A stretch of DNA of 64,000 nt from a virus: UHGV virus genome UHGV-1351772, one strand, 5' to 3'. Positions 39,201-47,479 of this stretch are shown piece after piece. Position 1 is the first letter of the stretch. Each line of letters starts with the position of its first letter. The position numbers were made by a program, and so were the translations under genes. The notes under the pieces are model-generated. The model did no database searches and was not told the DNA's origin. It saw only the letters and a program-made list of their open reading frames with translations.

Positions 39201-40337
39201 CTGATTACAGACGTAGCGAAGATGATGGGTGTTCCTCCAGCGTTAGCACTGGGAATGGCACAAGCAGAATCTGGGCTTAGATACGGTATCAAAGCTAAAG
39301 GAAGTTCTGCGGCTGGCTTGTTCCAGTTCATCAACGATACCTGGGGTGCGCAGATGAAAGCTTATGCGAGACGTTATGGTATCCCGCAAACCAACCAGTA
39401 TGACCCGTGGGCGAATGCTCTGCTTGGCGTCCGTCATATTCGTGATAATATCGAGAAAGCCAGAAAGGATTTAGGTGGTATCGATCCTCCAGGTGCAGCT
39501 GTTTACCTCTACCACTTCTTAGGACAAGGTGGCGGTAAGAAATTCCTGCAAGAATGGAAGCGTGATCCGAACGGGCCATCGTCGCGTGGTGCGTCGGCCG
39601 ATCAAATCGCGGCAAACAGCACAATTTTCTACAAGAATGGAAAATTGCGTAGTTTGGATGAAGTGCTCAACATCATGGGTGGTAAGATTGGTGCTGTAGG
39701 AACAAACGCGATCGCGGCTAACCAGGCATCGCTGAAAGACTTGACGACAGGCGTAACACCAATGCCGTCTTCCCCGGCTATCGCTGCAGGCGCTGCTAAC
39801 GATCCGTCTATCACAGGCCCGGCAGATAACCTGCCAGCCGCGAACGAGGCGAATCGCGACTCCGCTTTAGCAGACAAAGGCGCGATGGGTGCTGAAGATA
39901 TTAAAGCTGCAACTGGTGGTGGTCCGGCTGTGCCGAGTCCTGGCGGCGATGTCACGCCGAGCGATGCGTCAGTTGTTGTAGAGACGGTGGGTCAAAATGC
40001 ACGTGCTGATGGCCTGGCCGAAGAAGAGGTTGCTAAAGTAAAAGAAGGTGCTAGACAGCAGATGGAGAAATCGGCCCGTCCTGCACCAACGGTAACTTCC
40101 GATGCTCAGAGCGGTTCTACAGTGAACAGTGGTGATCCGATCAGTGTACAACAGCTGGCGGTTGCAAAAGAGTCTGCAGGCTATCTGAAAGAGATTGTAA
40201 CAATTCTTCGCCAGCGGCCACAGGCTATGCAAAACGGTCCGGCTAACCCGGCGTCAACCGCTCCGGGTTCGGCGTCACGTAACGTGTCAATAACTCAACC
40301 CGCGCCGCAACTCGACGTTAGTCGTAAATCAGCGTAA
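33261..40337 (+). CDS. giant virion-associated protein (2358 aa) with C-terminal soluble lytic transglycosylase domain; tape-measure/ejection-protein-like
   Basis: SLT motif GMAQAESGLRYGIKAKGSSAAGLFQFINDTWG near residue 2000; long hydrophobic block near residues 1340-1430; poly-basic tracts (RKRRRKRKR). Confidence 0.8.
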   Translation: MDDWDDFDEPPRQQDQSRNPVMDTFRAARKSALSTIWPENKRDQVILKGMPKPAAEAYEGYQNVKAAGQDILAHTKDEIEKTSRVVKMQARQLGPTLKRYLPESVTRKIDKWARNDQIDYGNYDPKQAMMDRELDSVFSGAPQTADQQREAQEGMVEDRLRDTIKDMKSDALFQTVIGIAKDVNLTTSLSRGVLLNVQRKQLELQYRTLFALQDIAKLKQDEFARNTPALEAIVKNTALPDYAKEEFSEIRWANVKRKAAEWMNPLHYADNFIGQIRENAKKKISNIFSDGRGILEQVLGMAQEDDFDMSDSSSLSPDRRNTNSRNKAAGFAGGWLAKRLLQPQIERLQNWTRGELEKNPEVMKRLQLAKYGFGNLSSISNSAIAGETSGPLADLFRLMHDLGLVNPLRRETLALDDRSAESLSAAAKFDRKAYLSITEVIPTLLSEINKSIRRGYGEHHDQVYDLTTRGMVDRKVIGNRVRKAVANDDQRKRLQTYINDTVDFIDKDKTLDRKTRQALADYIESRASEGKAFDVGSLLKDPMHMYRYMNANAVEAIQGVLEARSAELVGGHHELSNAISNKIAAIQSTIRARQDTVDAASVIYGENALRDSGIFKYDAKKDIFEVDKDINDPYTLFNDLSMGKTRSGRSLTREQEIQRKLQNGSALGDYLRRMGAGAEPSFEDKELSNVRGGGKGGRGRGLSARQLAAVLYGEKSTNFVELLSSRPDTNAGLEQQFDRLIDAVRKQPESSTVQDILKHVKNMDEEGILLASLGGSRDDGDESESSSDSGRKRRRKRKRIVLGETGLLRRWAGVLWDTGSGVGRFGKNLFLRGKDRLQALGGFIRGKFSGGSSEGPGVFSRLKGLVTGTLSTGWNSAVAFGKGVLGVRDIYDERGNVVLQGSRLEAGEYYQADPKTEKLIQLKTLDDIKLGRDIVDEAGNLILAAADLAAAGKLRFYKGGKVQALFQYISGKAGTAVNKAVTLPKKLLGFISPKAASLFEKAREWLNEVPEGAEKTRLQSMISRVTGMPARLWNNAKRGFEKLKELASDNPLTRWWQNRKEGGSGGGFSVFSWSNGRKTNHILIRIYKLLNRRLPGEPEDDTWTEQMERNTGASSVKGLFQRAKDIRDGFREHFQGFRDWRGRMRDRMSRYRGAVGDRLSRWGGTARGWFDRFRGRASDMVDTFRDPRYDIGTRYRMESRLAGRDDDVAEFYRQHIYARGKVSKTRIIDAAKEDLDTVTDSAGRVINKGKQKARSVGSALLERLNRMVNLQEMSWFNTMRDSAEKAGASDGLLRTMFSKFGQRNKPPASDEKRDYFQFFRRRRRSKEEEKAKKEAEKKGGKRGVMDFLKGLPLVGPIVSILGTVGSILGKVAKWGIFKPVGFAGKALWNVGKFAVTRLAVPAVSAVATAASAVVTAVGWPIIGLVAAGAALSWFAYKTATRVNAQYLDNMRLAQYGFRDHDEWSSDDGAKARYLEDNLKPYISYTENGQAQLRGLSGDDVKKLAEGFGTNVEDKGEMLAFSAFMLQRFVPIYLRWITALKSMDNDIALADVGNPAKVSKADMLNIFNKMKMSKDAPAFRALEDPRKVNQGWFSKAWDFVTFTPAEFLSGEEVVEAQERVLRSINMRRDEKRKDVNATGGVAEGHKVASVAESTQALAQADAERNKEVAKVEGWEDGTEQVQVQVDWRSLPKETDLRDLESVRLKAYGAVSITQTTRNLYTLLERQVLQDTDVKSCTYKGDWKRAIAVIAPDAIGGPKEDRYKNWFYNRFLPVFMTYVVGVKRYVPAADPMDLRVTGGFLYEIALMMRGAYNLKGGIRQSVWEVPFNPLGGDANTDAGSVATELENLKELSKEADLAVRKTLRATPSAGFRVNWQRKDRATQMFLTDDEKEQPSRPQMNTSSSYRDLLQPAANDGGNYGTPNDLAGAYGQMGAKNYAAFTTGNFGVKLGDMQDGDYKTLAAKYPISTLGDGLKPNLNAVAALITDVAKMMGVPPALALGMAQAESGLRYGIKAKGSSAAGLFQFINDTWGAQMKAYARRYGIPQTNQYDPWANALLGVRHIRDNIEKARKDLGGIDPPGAAVYLYHFLGQGGGKKFLQEWKRDPNGPSSRGASADQIAANSTIFYKNGKLRSLDEVLNIMGGKIGAVGTNAIAANQASLKDLTTGVTPMPSSPAIAAGAANDPSITGPADNLPAANEANRDSALADKGAMGAEDIKAATGGGPAVPSPGGDVTPSDASVVVETVGQNARADGLAEEEVAKVKEGARQQMEKSARPAPTVTSDAQSGSTVNSGDPISVQQLAVAKESAGYLKEIVTILRQRPQAMQNGPANPASTAPGSASRNVSITQPAPQLDVSRKSA

Positions 40338-40384
40338 TAACAACAGGGGGGTAGGAAACTACCCCCGTTTTTTAGAGGTATAAC

Positions 40385-42556
40385 GTGGACGCTAGATCAG
40401 CTAACGACTCAAGCTGGGTCAGAAATCTATTTAAGGGAGAGTTGGAAGGCCGAGATGAACGTTTTCTGGCCTTGCGACGCTACTCTAACGGTATGATGTC
40501 TTTTGAAGATACGACCATGGGCGGTAGCAAAGCGATTAATAGCCCTCCACAGTTTACGTGGTTTGCAGACCCCCCATCAACAGGGGCATTTGCACGACCC
40601 GGTAATCGTGAAGCGGAGAAAAAGGCGTTGGCTAACGGTATGCCAACCTCTTCTTATCGCTTAGGGACGTATTATTACGAAAGCATTAACCAAAATTCGT
40701 TTTACGTACATTGTCGCTTCGGCAAGCCGAAATATCTGGGAATGGCCGCATTCTTTGCGAATATGTACGATTCCAACTTAGCGTATTTAGCGCGTACGGG
40801 CGATTATCCGGGAATGATCCGCACGATAGCAAGTTATATCGGTGCGGCAGCGATATGGGCCACTGTAGGCACTGTCGCTTTTGCGGTAATTTTAATTACT
40901 CCTCGCATTCTCGCAGCAGCGTTGAATAAACAAACGTCGCGTTACTATTACGTTAAACCGACGATGCATCTGTATTTGCGTGCTGTACAGAACATCTTGA
41001 ATACGCAGCTTGTTTATCGTCGTTTGGTTCCCACGGGTATCTTAGGTACCTTCCAGGTTAGTCAAGACGGCGATGGAAAAGGGAACAAAAAAGCACGTGA
41101 TGATGCTTTTGAAGCGTTGCCGGAGGTTTGGAAAAAAGACGGTGAATTCGATGTCTTTAAGATGATCAACCGTTATCAAACCCTGGCGAACTATCAGAAT
41201 CAACGTTTAAAAGAACTTCGTAAGCAGTCCTCAAGTGACGATGATTTCGCCGAGCGGATACGAAATTTCTATTTGGACAGCACATATGGTGCGGCTTCGT
41301 ATTCTGACGATGTGAGAAATTACGAAGTTTCTTTGCAAGACATGGAGCGGTTAGCTGCATCCGAGCGCGGTGGCTATGCGGCGAAAGACGCGTCGGGCAA
41401 AGATATTAATAGTGTTGATGAACTGGAAAAAGGGGTTCTCGATGCGTTTAGTTCCGGGCTACAAACTGGGGGAACGGCAAGCGACCTAGAGGCGCAGGCG
41501 GCAGAAATCCAAAACAAAATGAACGAGGATTTGGAAAATGCCGATGCGAGTAACCTCACCGAGGGACAACAGATTACGATACAGTCCTGGGCGGATAAAG
41601 GTAAAGAATCGACTATGGAGACGTTCTTCGGCGACTTTGTTAAAGTGGTTGGCGAACAGATTGAAGGGATTAAAGCACAGGCGCTGTCCGAAATCTACAA
41701 CGGTTCTCAGTGGGTAACCTGGAGAATCGATGGGAAGGACACCGTCTCTCGTTCGTTCTCTAACTCTACAAAAGAGCCGGAGATCTCTAGCACAGTTAAC
41801 TCAATGACAGCGAAAGCTCGTCAACTTGAAGTAAACTTGTCCGGCGGGCAAACCGGCTTCAACGCGGTCGATTCATTAATTACGGGCTTTAAGTCCGTAA
41901 TGCGTGGGTTAGCAGATACGTTGCATCTAACGGGGATTATGTCGTTATATAATTCATCCGTCATTGACTTCCCAGAGGTGTGGGACAGTTCAGATGCCTC
42001 GGGCGATGATATTAACTTGACAATACCTTTACGTGCATGGTCTGGAAGTGACCTGGATATCTTCCAGGAAATTCTAGTGCCACTATCCTTTTGGATCGCC
42101 GCAGTATGTCCAATTGCGACAGGTAAACAATCGTTCACTCATCCGTTTTATCTGGAGTGTTACTCGCAAGGTCGATTCTCGTTCCGTAATGCTATCGTAA
42201 CATCTTTGTCTTTACAATTCGGTGTGGGTGGTTTAGGTTGGCGACCAGGTGATTCTGTTCCACTGTCTTGTGATATCAATGTTACCATCCGTGATTTGTC
42301 GCGTGTGATGTATATGCCCATCGTTACAGACACAGGTGTTTGGGACGACGATAATAAATTCAGTGAGTTTATGGCGTGTTTGGGTGCAGCGACGTTGTAC
42401 GAACGTACGAACGGTATAGAGCGTGCCAAGATCCAAGGAAGCATTTGGGCGCAGAACTGGGCATCTGCGTGGTCACAGGGCAGTTTTATTAACTCTGCGT
42501 TTGATGTGCTTCCAGCACGCCAGATCGCGAACATCTTCTTGCCGCAAGCACGTTAA
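40385..42556 (+). CDS. hypothetical protein (723 aa) with one transmembrane-like segment, probably virion/ejection-associated
   Basis: follows the giant SLT protein on the same strand; hydrophobic segment IGAAAIWATVGTVAFAVILI. Confidence 0.6.
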   Translation: MDARSANDSSWVRNLFKGELEGRDERFLALRRYSNGMMSFEDTTMGGSKAINSPPQFTWFADPPSTGAFARPGNREAEKKALANGMPTSSYRLGTYYYESINQNSFYVHCRFGKPKYLGMAAFFANMYDSNLAYLARTGDYPGMIRTIASYIGAAAIWATVGTVAFAVILITPRILAAALNKQTSRYYYVKPTMHLYLRAVQNILNTQLVYRRLVPTGILGTFQVSQDGDGKGNKKARDDAFEALPEVWKKDGEFDVFKMINRYQTLANYQNQRLKELRKQSSSDDDFAERIRNFYLDSTYGAASYSDDVRNYEVSLQDMERLAASERGGYAAKDASGKDINSVDELEKGVLDAFSSGLQTGGTASDLEAQAAEIQNKMNEDLENADASNLTEGQQITIQSWADKGKESTMETFFGDFVKVVGEQIEGIKAQALSEIYNGSQWVTWRIDGKDTVSRSFSNSTKEPEISSTVNSMTAKARQLEVNLSGGQTGFNAVDSLITGFKSVMRGLADTLHLTGIMSLYNSSVIDFPEVWDSSDASGDDINLTIPLRAWSGSDLDIFQEILVPLSFWIAAVCPIATGKQSFTHPFYLECYSQGRFSFRNAIVTSLSLQFGVGGLGWRPGDSVPLSCDINVTIRDLSRVMYMPIVTDTGVWDDDNKFSEFMACLGAATLYERTNGIERAKIQGSIWAQNWASAWSQGSFINSAFDVLPARQIANIFLPQAR

Positions 42557-42572
42557 TGTTTGAGAGGAAATA

Positions 42573-43136
42573 ATGGCTAATACGCTATTAGGTAAATCAG
42601 GAAAACAACTGGTTTATGAGTTATTAGTAAAAAAGAATCCTGGTTTGGTAGAGAAAGGTATTACAATCGATAAGTTGAATTTTGGTACACCGTCACATAT
42701 TCCTGCGGTAGAAACACCAGAAACCCAATTTACACGATTAAATACCCAACTTAGCGTCCAGGGAATTATTGAACAGAAAACGTTTGGTAAAATCGACGTT
42801 ATTTATCGTCGATTGGATTTAGAGCACCTCTTAGGTGACTTTGTAGTTTCTGTTGCGGGTGTTAATGCGGCTACGGTATCTGAGGTACTACAGCTTTTCC
42901 GCAATAAGTACAATTTACAGATTACCGACGATGAAGTTGAGAACCCAACAGCTGCACCAGACAGCAAAGATAAAACCATCATTATCATGAATGGGACATC
43001 TTTGGCATGGACAGGGCGGCTGGAAGTGTACTTAACAGAGCTGCCGTCCGACGGTAAGGATATTTCGAAGTTGATTAAAGTCACTGAACTTGACGGTTTG
43101 ACGTATATCTCTTCTGGGATTGTTCCAGGCGCTTAA
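42573..43136 (+). CDS. hypothetical protein (187 aa)
   Basis: six-frame ORF with GAGG RBS; followed by terminator. Confidence 0.55.
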   Translation: MANTLLGKSGKQLVYELLVKKNPGLVEKGITIDKLNFGTPSHIPAVETPETQFTRLNTQLSVQGIIEQKTFGKIDVIYRRLDLEHLLGDFVVSVAGVNAATVSEVLQLFRNKYNLQITDDEVENPTAAPDSKDKTIIIMNGTSLAWTGRLEVYLTELPSDGKDISKLIKVTELDGLTYISSGIVPGA

Positions 43137-43159
43137 AAAAGAAAAAAAATAAGAAAGTC

Positions 43160-43185
43160 TACCTACCTCCGAAAGGAGGTAGGTA
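43160..43185. terminator. bidirectional intrinsic terminator
   Basis: tacctacctcc-gaaa-ggaggtaggta; the 11-bp stem is identical to the one at 19478; A-run upstream, T-rich downstream. Confidence 0.6.
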
Positions 43186-43192
43186 CTTTTAT

Positions 43193-44023
43193 TTATTTCG
43201 CCAGATCTGCTTCTTTTACAAAGATACCGTCGGCGTTCAGATAACCTTTACGGTCTTTGATTTCGTGCCAGGCCAAAGAGAAACAATGGCGAATGTTAAG
43301 ACGATAATAGAGAGCGAGTCGCGCAAGACGATGTAAAGCCCAACCTAACGTAACAGTACCCAGTTCAGTACGTAAGAACGCAGTAGCGAAGATTTCGGTA
43401 GCCTCTAAATACAACTGGTGTGGATATTTGGTATCGTTTAAACGTTCTTCAACGTCAGCGACATCATCTACCTGCAATTGTAAACCGCGTTCGATGACTT
43501 CAGCGGTTGTCATTCCGCCAGTCACTCTGTCCTTATCCAGTTCCAGGATGTTTACCAGAACCACCAACGCATCGCCGATGCCGTCCATGATCAGTTCAGG
43601 TTTGTTTTTGCTGATACCTGTTGCAATCTCACCAAATTCTTCATAGAACTTTGTGATTTGAGTTTCCAGTTTACCGTTGTCGAGAATACCACGTTCTTTA
43701 GACCAACCTTTAACACGTTCTACACAGTTTTCAATAGAGTAGACCGGAACAGATTCTGTATGCATTACCGTGCCGTTGTAAACAGCATCGGTAAGCTTAA
43801 TAGGCGCTACAATTGTTTCGATGTCCAGTTCTTGATTACCGGTGTGACGTTTACCTTCTACACGAATACGGTTGGTACCAGGGTTTACACCAATTGTGTA
43901 AATAGCATCGAACTGTACTGCATTCTCATTCAGAGCGCGCAGTTGTGCGTTAACTTCTTCCAGGTGCTGACCAGGATTAACCACGATGTTGTAAATAGTG
44001 TTGATGTCAAAACGTTCGCCCAT
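43193..44023 (-). CDS. MazG-like nucleoside triphosphate pyrophosphohydrolase domain protein with about 100-aa N-terminal extension
   Basis: FYEEFGEIATG ... DGIGDALVVLVNILELD ... LAWHEIKDRKG pattern typical of the all-alpha MazG family. Confidence 0.6.
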   Translation of the reverse strand: MGERFDINTIYNIVVNPGQHLEEVNAQLRALNENAVQFDAIYTIGVNPGTNRIRVEGKRHTGNQELDIETIVAPIKLTDAVYNGTVMHTESVPVYSIENCVERVKGWSKERGILDNGKLETQITKFYEEFGEIATGISKNKPELIMDGIGDALVVLVNILELDKDRVTGGMTTAEVIERGLQLQVDDVADVEERLNDTKYPHQLYLEATEIFATAFLRTELGTVTLGWALHRLARLALYYRLNIRHCFSLAWHEIKDRKGYLNADGIFVKEADLAK

Positions 44024-44063
44024 CTTAAAACTCCATTAGTTTAAACAAAAAGAATAAGGATTA

Positions 44064-44084
44064 GGGGTGCTACATAAGCACCCC
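44064..44084 (-). terminator. terminator-like hairpin
   Basis: ggggtgct-acata-agcacccc with T-rich tract after it on the minus strand. Confidence 0.4.
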
Positions 44085-44092
44085 ATGAACTG

Positions 44093-44455
44093 TTAAATTT
44101 TGCAAGCCCCGCCTGAGCAGTTATCGTCTTCCGTGGTTGGATCAGCACCCTTCTCTACGGTAGCTTCCGGGTCTAACCCAGGGATTGCAAATTCGTCAGT
44201 TTCTTTAACGTTTTCTACTTTAACTTCTTCAGACATTTTAGTTCCCAAATTTCTTACAAAGGGGTTAACAGTTTTGATTTTAAGATTGGCAAATGGTGAT
44301 AGTAGCATTGCCAACCGTGGTAGACTTGGCGGTGCCTCTTTATATTGTACAACGCGCACCTTCGACCTACCAGGACCCTTACGTACACGGTTGTAGCCAA
44401 TAAAATATACAGTACCTGTAAAGTATCTAAGGCTGTGAAAGCGTGGTTTCTTCAT
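44093..44455 (-). CDS. hypothetical protein (start uncertain)
   Basis: ORF with AGGAA RBS; basic N-terminal part and acidic C-terminal part. Confidence 0.35.
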   Translation of the reverse strand: MKKPRFHSLRYFTGTVYFIGYNRVRKGPGRSKVRVVQYKEAPPSLPRLAMLLSPFANLKIKTVNPFVRNLGTKMSEEVKVENVKETDEFAIPGLDPEATVEKGADPTTEDDNCSGGACKI

Positions 44456-44575
44456 CGCACTTCCTTTTCGACAACTAACCCATTAAATGTATTACGACGT
44501 CTTTAGTTACTGAGTTTGCCAGTAAGCGGAAGAACTTCATGTAACGGAAAATGCTAAAGAAAACCCCAGCGTTAT

Positions 44576-44920
44576 CTACAATAACAAGACTGTATTTTTC
44601 TTTTCTGTACCCATTTGGTAACCGATGATTTGAGTGATACTCTTCGGTAAGTCTTCGAGACCCAAACGGAATAGCACATCGTCCTCTAAGAACCCTTTTG
44701 GATTAACGAACAATACTTTCCCTTTATGGTTCTTAGCTAACTCGACAGCAAAGTCTGTAAGTCCTGTCTGTCTACCTGTACCGTAGCGGATAGTACGGAA
44801 CTCAGATAAAGCTTTGGCTCCATAACGATCGGTAAACGGATTATCTTTAGAATCCAGATCAGTTAAACCTTTTGATAATTCTTCTACTACGATGTTATAG
44901 TTAACATGAGTTTTAGACAT
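44576..44920 (-). CDS. hypothetical protein (114 aa), possible degenerate P-loop
   Basis: GTGRQTG segment; otherwise unassigned. Confidence 0.45.
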   Translation of the reverse strand: MSKTHVNYNIVVEELSKGLTDLDSKDNPFTDRYGAKALSEFRTIRYGTGRQTGLTDFAVELAKNHKGKVLFVNPKGFLEDDVLFRLGLEDLPKSITQIIGYQMGTEKKNTVLLL

Positions 44921-44954
44921 TTCATTGTTCCTTTTAATTACAAGCGAAATAACT

Positions 44955-45251
44955 TTATTGAAAATCTCGTTTGGCCTTGCTGATGATTTGAGATATTCGG
45001 CTTGGCGTCACTCCGTGTATTTCGGCCAATTTCTTGTTACTTAGGCCACCCAATTTACCAACAAGAATATTCAATACACGTAAGTCTTTTAACGTTGCCG
45101 AAATCTTTTCTAAGATTTCGATATCAGCTTGATCAAACTTACCTTTGGTCTGCAATGCTATCCCAGCACGCTCGGTAATAGTTTTTAGCTCAGCTAATCG
45201 ACTAATGCCGAAAGAAGTTAACTCCGCGTACGATTTCTCATTAATCATCAT
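44955..45251 (-). CDS. small helix-turn-helix protein resembling sigma-70 region 4
   Basis: LSNKKLAEIHGVTPSRISQIISKA matches the region-4 HTH pattern (..L.EIG.T.ERIRQI..). Confidence 0.5.
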   Translation of the reverse strand: MMINEKSYAELTSFGISRLAELKTITERAGIALQTKGKFDQADIEILEKISATLKDLRVLNILVGKLGGLSNKKLAEIHGVTPSRISQIISKAKRDFQ

Positions 45252-45258
45252 GTACCCC

Positions 45259-46293
45259 TTAGACAGCTATGGGAGCTTTAATTGTGTCGTGCGATTGATA
45301 TCCAACCAATTCGAAGTCTTCGAATTTGTAATCGAAGATGGAATCAGGTTTACGTTTGATAACCAGTTTAGGTAGCGGGTAAGGTTCGCGAGTAAGTTGA
45401 AGTTTTGCCTGCTCCAGATGGTTAGAGTAAAGATGAACATCTACGCCACTATAAACCAACTCGTCTGGAACCATATTGAGTTGTTGAGCAATCATGTGAG
45501 TTAACAACGCGTAAGAAGCGACGTTAAACGGTGCGCCAAGTAGGTAATCGTTGCTCCGCATCATGTAAAAACACGAAAGTTTACGACGAGGGATACCTTC
45601 ACGATCTAAGGTTTCATGAAGTCGTTCTTCGTTATCGATATCTTCGTGGTTAATAAGCGGTGCGTTCGCAAACTTTTCCGGTTCGTTTACTTCGTACCAA
45701 TCCAGTCGTTCAAGCAACGTCATTTCTGTTGTGTAAAATTGGAAATAGTTGTGACATGGATTGAGTGCCATATCGTCCAGGTCACCTACATTCCAGGCAC
45801 TAACGATAATACGGCGGGAGTCAGGGTCTTCACGAAGTTGTTGGATAACTTTACTGATCTGGTCATGTGCTTTTTCATAAACCAAATACGTCGTACTATC
45901 TTCCTTCATATTCCCGATATACTTGTAACCCCGCTGCATTAGTTGTTGTGTACGTCTTACGTCATGACACTCCACAACTTTACAGTCGCGCCATTCCCGC
46001 CACTGGTGTCCGTAGACAGGACCTAAATTCCCTTCTTCATTCGCCCAAGCATCCCAGATTTTTACCCCGTTCTCTTGCAGGTACTTCACGTTAGTGTCAC
46101 CGTTTAAGAACCACAATAGTTCATGAATGATACTTTTCAGGTGAACCTTTTTCGTAGTAACTAATGGGAAACCTTCTTTCAGGTCAAAACGTAGTTGACG
46201 ACCAAATACAGAAAGTGTCCCTACACCTGTGCGGTCTTTCTTGACAACACCGTTATCCAGAATGTCTTGCATTAACGCTAAATACTGTTTCAT
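45259..46293 (-). CDS. thyA: thymidylate synthase family protein (ThyA-like, with two in-frame insertions)
   Basis: N- and C-termini align closely with E. coli ThyA from memory (MKQYL..DRTG.GTLS.FG ... PCH ... RSxD..LG.PFN.ASYALL ... IKRKP.SIFDY.FEDFE..GY); catalytic Cys in NPCH retained. Confidence 0.9.
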   Translation of the reverse strand: MKQYLALMQDILDNGVVKKDRTGVGTLSVFGRQLRFDLKEGFPLVTTKKVHLKSIIHELLWFLNGDTNVKYLQENGVKIWDAWANEEGNLGPVYGHQWREWRDCKVVECHDVRRTQQLMQRGYKYIGNMKEDSTTYLVYEKAHDQISKVIQQLREDPDSRRIIVSAWNVGDLDDMALNPCHNYFQFYTTEMTLLERLDWYEVNEPEKFANAPLINHEDIDNEERLHETLDREGIPRRKLSCFYMMRSNDYLLGAPFNVASYALLTHMIAQQLNMVPDELVYSGVDVHLYSNHLEQAKLQLTREPYPLPKLVIKRKPDSIFDYKFEDFELVGYQSHDTIKAPIAV

Positions 46294-46610
46294 TTGTTAT
46301 TATTCCCCATTCGTTTCGTTAAAATGTCTAAATTACGTTGCGCTTGCTCAGGACTAAAAATAATGTTTTCCTGGCTATACGTTACATGGAAATGTTTTTT
46401 GTTAACAATCTCAACCTTAAGGCCACGAACTTCGAATTGCCGTTTAGCCTCTTCAACCTTTTTTGGTGAGATTCTAAGAAGACCCGGAAATAGTTCGTCT
46501 GCAGGAACGTAGTATTTGATTTCCTTAGTTTCGGGAATTAATTCGATTCTATCTAAACTGACGCTTATAATCTCGTCAATCTTTTTCTTTATATTGTCGT
46601 TCACAGTCAT
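46290..46610 (-). CDS. hypothetical protein (106 aa)
   Basis: ORF with start/stop overlap coupling to neighbours. Confidence 0.5.
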   Translation of the reverse strand: MTVNDNIKKKIDEIISVSLDRIELIPETKEIKYYVPADELFPGLLRISPKKVEEAKRQFEVRGLKVEIVNKKHFHVTYSQENIIFSPEQAQRNLDILTKRMGNNNK

Positions 46611-46918
46611 TAGATTTTGTCCTTTTCGAGTTCAGTTAAAATTTCAAATAGGTCTGCGTTGGACTGCAGTACGATTTCACTGCCTTCTGCTACAACGGTA
46701 ATTGAAGGCTTCTTACCACGTAGCAAGAACTCCCAACGCATTGTTCTTACGTGGCTGTCGAGTAACTGCTTTAATTTGTGGTTAACTTCGACTTCCAATT
46801 TGCCCAGTAACTGAGGTGTAATAGCTTCGCCTGAGTTTTTGTTATAAAGTGTACGCACTAAAGAACGTAAAGAATAACCAATGCACTGCGAAATTGCCCA
46901 ACCCGAATAGTTTTCCAT
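46610..46918 (-). CDS. hypothetical protein (102 aa)
   Basis: six-frame ORF. Confidence 0.5.
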   Translation of the reverse strand: MENYSGWAISQCIGYSLRSLVRTLYNKNSGEAITPQLLGKLEVEVNHKLKQLLDSHVRTMRWEFLLRGKKPSITVVAEGSEIVLQSNADLFEILTELEKDKI

Positions 46919-46919
46919 G

Positions 46920-47465
46920 TTAATCCTTCAAAATGTCTTTAAGCTTTAGTTTTGTATAGAACGGAGAACTGCTTAGTTCTTCTGTCCAACTTATACGTCC
47001 GTTCTGTAGAACCCGGTCGAAGATTAGGCCGTTCATCTTTACAATTCTAGCCAACTGATAAAAGAGCGTCGTGAGGTGTAGTCGACGCTCCATTTGTGCG
47101 CGTGCGGTACAACTACGTACCGCTTTGATAGCAAGTACCGCTTCCGGCATCAACGTCACCGCGATTGTCTCAGGATGTTCGTTTTTCCATTTCTTAATGG
47201 CTAGTAGTCTGTGTAACGATTTTTCAAGGGGACGTAAATCCCCGTTATTCATCACGTAAACCAAAGCAGCAAGATCCCACAAGGCAATACCTACTGCTTT
47301 AGCAACAAACAGCCCGTCGTGTGTTGTCGTGGATTCACAGACTTTGCCAATACTTCCGTAAACACGTGCAGTCCATGCGTCTGTCTGTTCGCCAGGTTTT
47401 ATACCCGCGTTATCCAGAAAGTGTTTAAACGCATTAACGTGTTCAGTTAACTGTATTTGTTTCAT
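46920..47465 (-). CDS. hypothetical protein (181 aa)
   Basis: six-frame ORF. Confidence 0.5.
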   Translation of the reverse strand: MKQIQLTEHVNAFKHFLDNAGIKPGEQTDAWTARVYGSIGKVCESTTTHDGLFVAKAVGIALWDLAALVYVMNNGDLRPLEKSLHRLLAIKKWKNEHPETIAVTLMPEAVLAIKAVRSCTARAQMERRLHLTTLFYQLARIVKMNGLIFDRVLQNGRISWTEELSSSPFYTKLKLKDILKD

Positions 47466-47479
47466 TTCCGATACCCGAT

